Assembly (NCBI GenBank): GCA_958009085.1
Contig: OY253677.1
Span: forward strand, 372,001-436,000
DNA from: Protoeuglena noctilucae
Taxonomy: Eukaryota
Reading direction: 5' to 3'
Length of the DNA stretch: 64,000 nt
The notes beneath the pieces were generated by a model. That model worked only from the letters and a program-made list of their open reading frames with translations, was not told the origin of the DNA and made no database searches. Shown piece by piece: positions 1-12,700 of this stretch. The position numbers and the translations under genes are program-made. Every line of letters starts with the position of its first letter. Position 1 is the stretch's first letter.

Positions 1-3000
1 AATCCCCGAAGTGGCTTGCCTGAGGGAGGAGGTGGGCACGGGCACGGGTGCCGCGGGGTCCAGGTGCCAGGCACGAGACGACTCTGTTGCATGGCCGGCC
101 CCCTCCACCCCGGCCCTTCCCATCTTGGTTCCCTCGCCCCCTCTCGCCTCCGCAATCGCCCTCTCCCTCTCTTTGTCAACTTCCTGCTGCGCGCTCGCAC
201 GCACCGCCGCGCCCGGCAGTGCCTCGCTCGCCGGCACCTCCGCCCCCGCGCCCCCCACCGACCCCGCCACCGCCAGGCTCAGCGGCGGAGTGAAGGGCGC
301 GTAGTAGGGCCCGGCTGGGAACCGCCCGCCCCACGCCTCCTGCCGATTCTCAAACTGCCCATGCGCAGTGTCGTGACCTCCATGCTCATCGCCCCGAGAC
401 GAAGCCAGGCCCAGGAGCGCCCCGTACGGCGTCCACCCGTCCGCGTGCGCGTGGCTGCCACCCTCTTTGCTCCCGCTCGCGCCCGCGTCGCCGCCGTCCT
501 TGGCGATGGGCCCCGCGTGCCCAAACACCCCCGCCAGGGTGTCTGGGGGATACCCCAGCTGCGCCATCCGCATCATCCACTCGCGCTCCACCGGGTTCGC
601 GGAGTGGGGCACGCCGCGGGCCCACGGCGGCGCGGGGGAGCCCGAGGAGTGCCAATAGGAGGAGCTCTGGGGGTGGGGGTGGGGTGGGGTGTGAACAAGG
701 GCGAGGCAGGGACAGGGGTGGGCGTTGGTGGCTGCGTAAGGTTCATGAGTGGGGCTGGCATCTACAACAGAGTTCCATGCCCTCCTCACCAGCGGGCGCG
801 ACCCCGGCAGCGGCCCCCACATGCGTGCCCCATGCGTGTCCCTCGCCCCTCCCTTGCTCTCCGGGCTGAGGCGACGCATGACCTCGTCCATCTCTGTGAC
901 AATCGTCGCGGTGACCTCGGAAAGGGACGGCCCGGGGCGCCAGCGAGGGTCCATCCCCATCTCGGCCCATTGCGGCCCACCCAAGGCCCTTGGGGCGCTC
1001 GGCATCAGCCGCCAGTCGCCCCCGACCCCCGCCCACTTGGCCACCTCCCACGGCGGCAGGTCCATCGGAGCCACGGGAATGTGTGGGTCGTACCCGTAGC
1101 CGTGGCCACCATAGCCGTGGCTCGGCATGTGGGAGTGACTGGGCGCGGCGTGGCCCGACGCATGCGACGCAGGCGACGTGGGCCCATCCCGCAGCGAGGG
1201 GTGCCACCCCGCTGGGGGCACCGGGCCACCTCCGGGACGCCAGAAGGGCGCGGCGGCGGCGGCAGTGGCGGCAGTGGCGGGGTCTCTGCTCGCGGCGGGG
1301 GACGGGGACCACTGCGGCCCTCGCAGGGGCACACCCGCCGCATCGTAGAGCACTCCGTCGGGGCCTACGATGGGCGCGGACTTGCTCGGCGCGTACCCGT
1401 GGCCTGCATCCGGGAGGCCGTAGCGTGGCACGTTGGGCGCGTGGGCGTCAGCGTGGTGGGCGAGGGGCACGCCCATGTCGCGCAGGGAGGTGGCGAGGGG
1501 GGAGGTGGCTGGGACGAGGCGGGCCACGTCGGGGAGTGGCATCGAGGCCAGGTGACCCATGTGGGCATCTGAGGGTGGATGAAAGTGGCAAGTGTGACAG
1601 CGGATGGTACGTAGCAGCCAGCAACCTGACAGAGCAGGCAACCGAGCTCATGTCGGGTGGGCGACTGAATTGTAAGTGGCCGATAGAGCTGCCTTGCTCC
1701 GCGACTCACCCGCGTCCATCTGCTGCCTGGCCGTGCGTATCTGCGAGGTCCATTGGTCGAGCGTGAAGTGGCGGGTGGGGGCCGCGGGGGCGTCGGTCTC
1801 TGCGGAGAGGTACAGAGCGAGAGAACAGCATTGGGAAAGTCGAGTTTGAGAGCAAGGAGGGAGAGAAGCTAGTGGAAGAGAGAGGTGGGAAGACATGCTT
1901 GCTGCACCATGCGCATGCCGTGGCAACTGTGTCTGCTGTACTTGCATCAGCCGCGGTGACTGCACTGGCAAGTCGTCACCTGACTCGGGCAGTTCCTCGC
2001 CCGGCGACGTCTCCAGGGCCTCCACGGCTGCGATGGTCAGGGGCACGCCCAGGGCAGAGAAGACGTCCGCGGCAGAGAGGGACCCGTCGCTGTGGTCGGA
2101 CGTCAAAGCGTTCTCCAGGCCAGCGGGGTTCGAGCGCACCTCCCTGGGGGAAGGAGGGAGGGTGGGTCCAATGGGGACTTACCAAGCTAGCAACACACAA
2201 GCCACCGCGGCTGGTGGTGCCACCATAGGCATTAATTTGCATAGCCACTCACTTGACGAAGGTAGCCAGCGTGTCCACGACCTTCTCGACCGGCAGATGA
2301 TCCAAAGCAGCCGCTGCCTCGGCCCCATCGGCCCGACCGTCGCCCTTGCCTGCACCCCTCTCCGCCGCGCCCTTGCCGCCCCGCCTGGCCCTCGCGGCGC
2401 ACCGCCTCTGGAACGCCCGCACGAACGACACAGGGAACTCTGCCAGGAAACGCGCGCTGGCGTCCACGGAAGGGACCCCCGTGGGCCGGGGCAGGTCCCT
2501 TGGGGGCGGGGCGCCTGCCATCGCAGCGAATGCCCATGGGACGTTTGTGAACGGGCCCTGGGGTGGGGCAGGGAGGGGCAGTGGTGAGAAGGAAGCCGGG
2601 GGTGCGAGGGAGGGTCACTGGGCTGCGATAGGGACGTGTCACATGTCCCGGCATGCTGGTCAGATGGTACCGAGACACCGCACCACCTCTGGCACCTCAC
2701 CTCACCACCTCTGATCACCTACCCATTTCGACCCCATCCGCCATCGCCTCACCTCCGCCACCAGGCTCCCCACGGCCAGCGCCACCGCCTCCATCTCCGC
2801 GCTCGTCCGCTCCACCGCCCCCGCCGCCACCCGCGCCCGCTGCAGCGCCGCCTGCGACTCGTGGTCGTCTGCGGCTGGGGCCTTCCCCGGTGTCGCATGC
2901 GCGGGGCCTCGCGGGTCCGCGACAGGCACCCTGTGGCCCTTCAATGCGCTGGGAGGGGCCGGGGCCTTGGCTGGCGACGCTGCGGCAGGCGCCCCTCGCC

Positions 3001-5160
3001 CCTTGGCCTGCAGCGCTTGTGCGGTCGTGGTCGCTGACGCCGCCGCTGCCGTGGCGGTGGCCGCCAGGCGCCGCGCGGCCACCACGTCGGCCATGACCTC
3101 CGCCGCGGTGCTGGGGGAAGCTGTGGCAGGTGCAGAGGAGCTGGGGACCGATCGCGGCTGGGCGGCTGACGGTGCCACGGTCGCAGTCGCGTTGCCGAGA
3201 TCCGCGTTGACGGGCCGGGCGGGCGCAGCTTGGGAAGGCTTGGGCGGCGCGGGGGGCCTGCCGTTCGCGGGATGGAGGGGCGCCTGGGCTCGTGAGTCAG
3301 ATGCGTCTCGTGACCCTGCAAGGCCATGGCAAGTGCTGAGAGTGGGTCAGTTCACTGGAGGCAGCACCAGACGAGAGAAAAGGGTGACGAGTGGTCGTGA
3401 GGGAGGTGGCAAAGAGTGCCGGGTCACGCGTGCCTAAGCCCGCCCTCACGCGCAAATGTCATCTGCAAGTCACTGCTTGCCAAGGCTACCACCGCACCTG
3501 CCGACCCGGCGCGCGCGCCTCCCCGGGACGCCAGGGAAATCTCCGAGTCCGTCGACGGCCGCCGCCCACTCGCTGCCCTCTCTGCCCCTCCCGTGCCATG
3601 CGCCCCGTCTCGAGCCTGTCCTGTGCCGTCAGCGCGGCCCCCGGCCCCCTCAGCCGGCCGCGACGCAACAGCATGACGACCATCATATTTGTCATCATCA
3701 TTGTCTTCGTCTTCGTCGTCTTTGTCATCGGAAACGTCCCCCTCCCCAGCCACCTTCTTGATATCACCCTGATTGGGACGCCCCGCCCCCTGACCCCGCG
3801 CCCCACCCTCAGCGACACCCCCGCCCCGCTTGCTCTCCTCCCCGCCCCGCACACCCCGCTTCCGCGCCTCTCTGTTGCTGTCGCTCTCCTCTTCGCTGTC
3901 GCTGTCACTCTGTGCGTCGTGCGTTTGATTCCTGCCACGCCCTGTTTCCTCCTCGAGCACCGCCTCGGGCCCTGACCCGTACATGTCCTCGTCTCCCGCC
4001 CCATCCTCCCCCAGCACCCGCGCACTTGTTGCCTCAGCCCCGCGCCCGGCCGCACCGTCAGAGGACCCACGCCTGCCCCTGCCAGGCCCAGCCGAGGCGC
4101 GCCGATCCGTGCCCTCACGCACGCGGGGGTCCGGGTAGGCTCGTCGGTGCCACGGAGACGCGCGCCGGCCCCCGTCCAGGTCGATGAAGGTGGGCCGGCC
4201 CAGCGACGGGTCCAGGCCGGCAGCGGGGCGGCGGGCGGGGAGGGCATCCCCCATGCTGGCGTCCGTCGCATCTGCAGAGCAGAAGAGGGGAGCATGCTGG
4301 AGTTCGACCACCGACCACCAATGTAGAGCGGTGTCGGGGCGAGCGAGCGCGTGGTGCATGCCTGCAAGTGCATGCCTGTGGGTGCATGCGGGTGCCAACC
4401 ATAGGGACGCACCTGGGGCCTCGCGGCGGTCCGCGGCGGGCGTCGGCGTCGCGCCGCGGAAGTCGAGGCGTCGCGGCTGCGCGGGAGGGGTCGGGCCGCC
4501 ACGGGGCGCCACAGCCATGGCAGCTTGGGGTGGCCGGTGTGCATCGCCCGGCAGAGAGTCGCGGCTGCGGCCGCCCGCGCGGGCGGCGGAGGAAGCGCGG
4601 CTGTCACGGCCCGGCGCACCTTCTGCGTCCCGCTGCACGAGGTCCACGGCCCACCGCGTCTGAAGGTGGGTACAAGGGCGTAAGGGGGGGGTCGCATATC
4701 ATGGGCGGCCAGACACCCTCAACGCAGTGCTCAGCGATGAGCGAGTGCAAGCAAGCGCTCACCTTCTGCTCGGCGCGCTCGACGCCCCTCCCCGCAGCGC
4801 CTGCGTGGATCGGGGCCGGCCCAGGCGACTGATGCCGGTGGGTGTGGATGAAGGCGGCATGGAGGCGAGGGTTGGCGGCGGCCAGGCGACGCATCGCGGC
4901 CTTCGAAGCGGCGGTGTAGCGAGCGGGGTCCTCGCCGCGCGGGGACGCCGGCGCTGCACGAGGGGGAGGTCGGGAGTGACGCTTGCGACCATAGACAGAA
5001 GGCCACGCATGCGCAGGCGTCCGCGGCGGCACAGGCCCTCACCCGCCGCGCTGGCTCCGGCAACCCATGCGACGCCACCAGAACCCGCACTGAGGCTGCC
5101 GGACGACCTCCTGCGTGGGACGGGACGGCCGGGCAAATGGGCGACAATGTTGGGGAGCAT
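1..5160 (-). CDS. Multi-exon hypothetical low-complexity protein; 3' end lies beyond the window start
   Basis: ATG at 5160, with several GT-AG junctions in consistent phase (e.g. GCG G|gtgagg ... ctcgtgcag|CG CCG; GCG G|gtgagt ... ccctcag|AT GCC). The frame antisense to the 16..1572 ORF stays open to base 1. No recognisable domain. Confidence 0.55.
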
Positions 5161-6124
5161 TCAACACGCCGCAGCCTCCCCGATGCCCCGCGGATGGTCC
5201 CACCGTTAAACTCATAGCAAATTTTACTACAATGACATCTCATAATGACGCCAACGCTGCCACAACAGTCACGCGGGCCTCGTCCGCGCGGTCCGCATTT
5301 TCGCTTCCCTGAAAACATGTGCGAAGGACGCTCGCCGGAGCGTCGCCCTCACCTATCCACCCGCGGTTTCGGCGGTTCGTTTTTGAAACGAGCGATGTAG
5401 TCCCTCATGGCCGAGGAACCCGGCGCGGCGGACCTGGGGCGCTCCGTTGTCATCTCTGCCGTGGTTCGTGGCGTCTCCACGCCGTCAGGCGTCGATCGCG
5501 TTTAAGCGAGGCGGCCAGTGGAATAACGTCGACCACATCACTTCAGACCCGCTCTGCTAGTCCCCAGTGCGCAACGGCGCTTAGGGAAGGCGCTGCGAAC
5601 AACACCCGACCCCCGCTCTGCAAGGGAGGACCTGGATGCGCACGGCGAGGGCACGCAGATGAACACTGCCCGGGGGATTGGCTGCTTGGGACTGGTGCAG
5701 GCGCCTGGTGCCATGGCACGTGCTGACTGGCGCAGCTCTAGCTTCTCCCAGGCAGCCACGGCAGCCTGGGTTCCGGACAAGGGTCCCTGAGACCTTATTT
5801 CGAGCGCAATAGCGAGCCCCCACCGCCTGAGACGATCTGACCGTTCAACTGCTCAGCCGTTCCAGGAGATGCAGCTGGCACCTCCTCAAGCAGCGAACCC
5901 CCATGCTCCTGCCAGCAAAGCAGCCAGCCACAAGCGCTTCACGCGGTGTCCCCGATACACACGCATGCGGCGCCAGCCATCTGGTTGACGGCACAACTCC
6001 CACAACCGTGACCTGCACAGTGCGGTGCGGGAAAGCATCGTCACGAGGCCTGCCGGCACCACGAATGCCCGCCGACGAGCCCCTGGCAGCGTTGTGTCAC
6101 CCCTCGCTCGCCTGTAAGACACAT

Positions 6125-6876
6125 TTACGCCGTCTTCTTCTGGGCGACGGTGTTCTCGCGGAACCCATTCTTCGCCCGCCGCGGCATGTGGCGAAGGTGC
6201 CTGCGCGCGGGAACGACACGCTGGATCGCAACAAGCGCAGCGCCGGAGCCGGGCGGGCAGGGCGCGGCAGCGGGCGCGCGCGGGGCCGCAGCCCACCTCA
6301 GGCGGCCCGTCCCGGTGGTCCGCCTGCGCTTGGCCTTGGCAGACCAGTTGAACTTCCGCAGCCTGGCCCCCGGGTACCCGCAGGAGGCGCACACCTCCTT
6401 CTGCTTGTGCCACGCGCGCTCGCCGCAGCGACGGCAGAGGCCGTGCGACTTGGAGCGGCCCCGAAGACCTGTGGGCGCGTTGGTGGGGCTCTTCGGTAAG
6501 TCCCCGCGAGTCCCTCACGCGCCTTAGCGCATCTTCTTGCCAGGCAAAGCCCCTGCGGGCCTCGGGACGGCGCACGAGCCCCTCTGGCGGGGTGCCCAGG
6601 TGCCCTGGCCCGCGCCAGGGCCGCTTGCGCGCCGTCGGCCCTCAGAGAAAGCAACAGAACAAGCTGGGCCGCTGGCGTCCGCGGCCGTCGCGGTCCGCGA
6701 GCGAGGGGGCGGATCGCTGGCCCGCGCAATCGCCGGGGCGAGGCGCCGAATTCCGCGGTCGACCGGAAGCTACATTAGCTCAGCGCTTTCCGCTCGGGCC
6801 ATAAGCGCGGGCGGTGTGTCCCCTGGCCGCGCGGGAACTCACCGAACGAGCCGGTACCCTTCCCGCACTTCCCCAT
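6125..6876 (-). CDS. RPL37: 60S ribosomal protein L37 (eL37), 3 exons (6876-6843, 6468-6299, 6200-6125)
   Basis: The spliced product [85 protein letters not shown] has the C2-C2 zinc finger and the TTGTGR motif; introns are GT-AG. Confidence 0.97.
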
Positions 6877-7094
6877 GGTGCCGCTCGGGAGGAAAGAAAG
6901 GGAAAAAGGACGAGTAGGTGCTCGCGCGGGACGGCAGAGCCCGGGTTGGCCGCCCGTCCGACCCTGACTCGACGCAGCGCCAGCCACCGCGAGCAACCGG
7001 CGCGGCGCTTCTCGCACGACGCACTTCCGCGCTGCACGCTAATCGATCGGCGTTAGACTCATCCGTGCGCTTGAAAGTTACCGCGGAGGGCCAG

Positions 7095-9325
7095 ATGTCC
7101 TGCCCCGGAGCCTGCCTGAGGGCGACGGCCCTCGCGTCCTGCTCGTCACGCGCGACGGCCGTGCAGCCCTCGTCTACGCGAGCATGTCATCCCACGCGGC
7201 GGGTGCGGATGCCCTCGCAGCCCTGGGGCTCTTCCCGGGTGGCGCTGGTCCGGTGAGGCGTCGGCCCCTTTGCCTGGGAGGATGGAGGGCCGGGGGCTTT
7301 GATGCGCACTATCATTACATGTTAGACTTCCGAGCAACACTCTGCGGACGACCAATTCGTGCTGAGCCCCCCGCTGCGCCGAGCCTTGCTGCCGCCACCA
7401 TCGCACGGGTGATGCCTGCCCACCTGCGATTGCTCTCCTTCGCAGAGCCCGTGACTTGGCTCTCCTCGCGAAGCTCGCTGACACAGCGTCGGTCTCCGCG
7501 CGGGACGGCGCCATCCCGGACGCTCCCGGCGTCTACGCGGTCTACAATGCGGACGGGGCGCTGCAGTACATGGGGCTATCCCGCAAGGTGGCCGCGTCCG
7601 TCGAGCTCCATCGGCAAGATCTGCCGGAGGAGTGTGCGACCGTCAAGGTGCGGCCCCATGCTCGCGCTCGGCGGGGGTGGCACGAGCACGCTCTCTTCCC
7701 AGGCGCTCGGTGTGGCAGAGGCCAGCGCCGCTGTCGGTTGGCCATGAGTCGCTGTGATACATCACAATGCTCAAGCGTTTTCTTGCCCGAGCGTCTCCTC
7801 GACACGCTCGTGTGTTGCGTGACCGCAGGTGCGCGTGGTGGGGAGCGGATCAAAGGAGGACCTCCAGGAGGCCTGGAAGGAGTGGATGACGGAGGTGAGG
7901 GGGGCACAGAGTGCGATGTGTTGTTGTGGAGAAAGAAGCACGTCTGATGGCAGCGTGATGCGTCGTGAGAGACATGCTGACGCGCTGACAGACATGGGGT
8001 GCCCGTCGCCGGTGACGATTCGCATCAAGTCACAGGATCAACCACCTGAGGCCACGCGCCCAGGCTGACACTCGGCTTCCCGAGGCGACGATGTGCTTGT
8101 TCTCTTGTGTCATGGCGCCCCCTATGATGACATGTGTCCCACAGCCGCTTCAGCCACACCCCAGCCCTGGCACTCCTGCCAGGCACTGTCTGTCAGTGAC
8201 CTTTCCATTGATGCTCCTCCCTTTGATGACGCCATCTCGCATCACCATCTCGTAACACGTGCTCCGTCCGCAGTACATGGAGCAGGCGGGGGACGTGCCC
8301 CCTGGCAATGCCCCGGGGGAGAAGAAGTGGACGACGCGGAGGAAGGCAGCCAAGCCGGACATCAAGCTCACGGCCGGCAAGGGCATCCAGGTGAGGGCAA
8401 GGAGGGCAGATGAGTCGGACGTGGTCGCCGTCCTCTCTCGGGCTAGCTCTGGTCCCGTGGGGTGTCATTCTACCAAAACGCACCGCTGTTCTTGGCCTCC
8501 TCGATGCCGCCCCGCCTCCCCCGCTGCCCCAGGACGTGACGGTTCCCATCTCGGATCTGATCGACATGGTGGTCAAGTCCAACCGCGTGGTGGCCTTCGT
8601 CAAGGGGACGCGCAACGAGCCCCAGTGCGGCTTCTCCTTCCGCATGCTCAACATCCTCAACACCCTCAAGGCAGACTACGAGGTCGTCAACGTCCTGGAC
8701 GAGGTGAGACAGCGAGTTACACCCATACCACCCCTGGGCCTCTGTTGCCCGCACGCCACCCTCGCGCCATGTCCCCTGTACCTGTGGCTCCCACGCCACG
8801 GCGGAAAGTGCCTGGGCGCCTTTCTCTCCCATGGGGGGCGCCCCAACTTCAGCCGCCCACAAGGACGCGTGGATGGCGGCCGCCCTGGGGTTCGCCCCAG
8901 ACGCGGCCGCGGACCACGGTGGCTGACACCCTGAGCCCCCTCCCACGGACGCCCGCGCCTCACGTAGGCGTCGTCGCGGGACGCCCACTATGTGGGGGCC
9001 ACATTCCACACGCCGTCGCCTTCTATGCATGAGTCACACGCCTCGTCACAGTCGCTCCCATCAGTGGGGAATAGTACCCCACCTCAGCGCATCTCCCCTG
9101 ACCCTGCTTCATGCCCCATGGCGCAAGTTTGCACTGCCACCCCACCTTCGCTCTGGCCTGCACCCTCAGGTGTACAACCCCGGCCTGAGGGACGCGATCA
9201 AGGAGTACTCAGCATGGCCCACCATCCCGCAGCTGTACGTGGATGGGGAGTTCGTGGGGGGATGCGACATTGCCGAGGAGATGCTCGGCAACGGAGAGCT
9301 CGCCAAGATGCTGCGGAAGGACTAA
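7095..9325 (+). CDS. GRXS16: Plastid monothiol glutaredoxin with N-terminal GIY-YIG-like domain (GRXS16/CXIP2 type), 6 exons
   Basis: Ser/Arg/Ala-rich transit peptide, GVYAVY...QYMGLSR motif, VPPGNAPG linker, and [17 protein letters not shown]...[19 protein letters not shown] glutaredoxin domain. Confidence 0.93.
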
Positions 9326-9782
9326 TGAGATGTTTCCCTGGCCCAGGCGGGATTACTGGGGCGTATGGGGGCGCACTCACTGGGGGTCGTGACACGTGTC
9401 CCAGTCACAAACACGGCAGAGTGCCGGGGTGTTTTCGGTGATCATGTTGCAATGGCTGATGGCATGTGAGTCTGTGAAATTCCCAAAGAGTTTCTTGTTG
9501 GAAGCTCTCAGTTCAAGTGGGAACGGTTGTGTGAATGATGGTGTGCCAATGTGCCACCCTGCCCTTGCTGGGGCAGGGTCATGGTCAAACGAAACGATGC
9601 TGACGAGGGAAGCATTCGAAAGCGCTGCCGCCACATGCCACCCATACACAAGCGAAGCAGCAGCAGAGCACAGTGGGCCGTCGATGTTGTGAAACGCAAG
9701 ATGGCGTCGCCATGCAGGCACGCCCCACTCCTCGCAGACCCTGCCCGCGGTCGCCGCCCCTCGCCCCTCGCGACCCCGCCCC

Positions 9783-12700
9783 TCAGGATTCCGTCCCCTG
9801 CACCTGCATGTGCCTTAACTCCGCCACGCGTAAAAGGAGGAAGCGCGCCAGCATGCCCTGCAGTTCCTGGTTCCTCGCCATCATCGCGTCCTCCGACAGC
9901 CACATCCGCCACCCGTCCGGGGCCTCCAGCAGGCACAACAGGGTGCTGGGGAGGAGCGGGGCGGGCGCGATGAGCCGTGCGCGGGTGAGCGATCACAAGC
10001 AACCAGAACATATACATGTAGCTGGTTGTCACTCATTCACGTTGTATGCATACGACTGCCCGTCTGTCTGCCCACCTCCATCCCTCACCGTCGGTCTGTC
10101 CCAGGCAGGACTTTGTGTATCGCCTTTAGGCAAGTCAGCTCCCTGGCCCTCCCCTCCAGCAGCCACTCCAAGTCCCGCCGCTCCACCTCTCGCCCGTTGA
10201 TGACCGCGAACGTGCTCTCCAACTCCGCGCGTATCAAGTCCAGCTCCGGCTCGGCCCACAGCGCCGCCAACTCCCCCGCTGGGTCCGCCCCGCCCTCCAC
10301 CCCGTCGTCGCTGGCCCCGCCGCCCCCGTCGTCGCTCCCCACCACCTGCGTCTCGGGTAAGCCCCCGGCCCCGTCCCCATCGCCCGCCCTGGCCCCGCCC
10401 TGGGCTCCCCAGTCCGAATGGGTCGGGGAACCGGCTCCCACTCCCGCACCCACTCCCGCAGCTGCAGCCTGACCCGGCCCCGCACCCACTCCCGCAGCCG
10501 CTCCCCGACTGGTTCTCGCACCCGGTTGAGCGTCAGCTGTCGGCATCAGACGCACGGCACGCACGGGCGCGGCCTGGTTGCCGAAGCCGGGGGGCAGCGG
10601 CACAGAGACGTCGTCGAAGATCTGCGAGGATTTAGCAGGCGTAGGGCTCTGATGAAAACACCCCATGCAGAGCATCTGTGGAGGTGTGAAGGTGGGAAAC
10701 GACACAGTCACGGTGTGCGGGTGCGGCAGGCGGGGTTGAGAGGAGAGGTGGGTGCGAGCGCGCACCTCGAAGCGGCACTGGGGCGTGCGCAGGACCGTCT
10801 CCGCGTGGCGCGCCGCCTGGGGGTCCAGGGAAGGGTCTGCGGGCGGGCAGTCGTTGACGGGTGCTTTGAGAGAGGCAGGCATGAGAGGGGTGGGTGTTGG
10901 ATGCGTCACCCATCACCGGCCTCTACAGTCCACTCAGGGCATCCCACACGCACCTCGGAAGAAGGGCGCCCCTCCCGGCGCCACCGGCCACCGCCCCCGC
11001 GTCCCCGGCCCCGCCCCTGCCCTGGTCGCCGCATTTGATGGTGCCCCCGCAGGTGCCCTACCTGTCTCGTCCCCGCGCTCAGCCGCTCCCCTCTTCAACG
11101 CCGCCGCCTCCGCCCTGATTGCCGCCTCGACCATTGCCGCGTCCTCCTCGCCCGACTCCGCGCTCACTCGGCCCCCTTCCCCCTCTCCCGCCCCCGCCTG
11201 CCCCTCTCCCGCACCTCCCTGCCCCTGCCCCTGCCTGGGACCCTCCCCAGCCCCACCCTCCCCAGCACCACCCTCCCCTGCATGCTGCCTAGCACCCTGG
11301 CTCGGGTCACCACTCGACGCCGCCTCGGACTCGTCAGAGCTGTCCGTCAGGGATATCAGCGGCAGCTTGCCGGACCTCGAGAGCAACGCCGCAGATGGGG
11401 ATGCCCTGGGCCCCGCGCCACCCCTGCCGCCTGCAGCCTGGGCCCTCAGCCGACCCGACGCCTCGTCGGCCAGCAACATCAGCCCAGGGGCCTGGCGCGG
11501 GCGGCGTGGGCGGAGCGACCGGGCTGGACTCGGAAGCGCGGCTGCTGCCAGCTCGTCCAACGCGGCCCCCTCCATCGCCCCACCCGCCGCGCTCCGCCTG
11601 CGCTGCCCCTCCTGTCCCGCGTGCTTCTGCCTTCGGGCCTCAGCGGACCCTGGGGCACCCGCGCCGTCGCGGTGCGTCGCAGCACGTTTGCGAGACCCGG
11701 CCACCCTCGGGGTCGTCGACAAAGTCTCATCTGCCGCGTCCGCCGCCTTGGCAGCACCACCACCACCACCATTGCCGCCATCGACACCCGTGCCACTGCC
11801 CCCTGACGGCGTGCTGTCAGACCCACCAGCCCCGTCCTCCTGCGACGTGTCGCGGTCCCACGACCTCCTCCCGCGCTTGCGCTTGGAACCCCACGTGGCG
11901 ATGCCCGGCTCTTCCCTCGCCCCCTTGGCCTGGGTCAGCCGGCGCCGCTTCCGCGTCTCTGTCTCTCCATCCGCAGGGACCTCCTTCCGCTTCCTCGCAC
12001 TGCGCCGCATTCCACCGCTGGCTCCAACTCCGGCCACCCTGTCCGCCACAGCCCCATCCGCCCCCGCTCTGCCCGCCGCCGCCTTATCCGTTCCCGGCCC
12101 CTTTGCCACCTCCGACCCCTGCGCACCCACTCCGTCCGCCTCCGCCACTCCCGGCGACTCCGCCACCTCCGCCGCTTTCGCCCTCTCAGCTGCCCTGCGC
12201 TTCCGCTGCGCCCGCGCCCGCTCGGCTTTCGCCTGCGCAGCCCTCTCCTCAGCCTGGCGCCTCTGCCGGGCCTCGTCCAACATCCGCGCCTCATCCAGGG
12301 CGGCGGGGGTTGCTGGGTGGACAGCGGCAGCAGCAGATTGCCCAGGGGCGAGGGCAGGGAGGGCGGAGGTGAACGGCCAGGCAGGTAGGGCGGGGTGGGG
12401 TGCAAAGTGCGGTGCGGAGGGTACGGCAGCGGGTTGGCGGGGGGTGAGGGCAGGGAGGGCGGAGTTGTATGGCCAGGCAGGTAGGGCGGTGGGCATAGGA
12501 GTGGGGTGCGTGGCGCGTGGGGTGCGGAGTGCGGCCCAGGCCGCGTGATTGCTTGGGTCGGGGAGGGACCGGAAGAGGTCGCTCGGGTGCAGCTCTCCGC
12601 AGGCCCTCTGCAGGGGCGAGACGGGGAGACACGGATGAGAGGCAGGAGCAGAGGCGTTGTGGGGCAGGAGATGGAGACTACTGACCCATGGGGGCTTTGG

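Noticed and set aside
16..1572. 518-aa plus-strand ORF
   Set aside because: It is the exact antisense shadow of the spliced minus-strand gene, Arg/Pro/Gly-rich with no domain.
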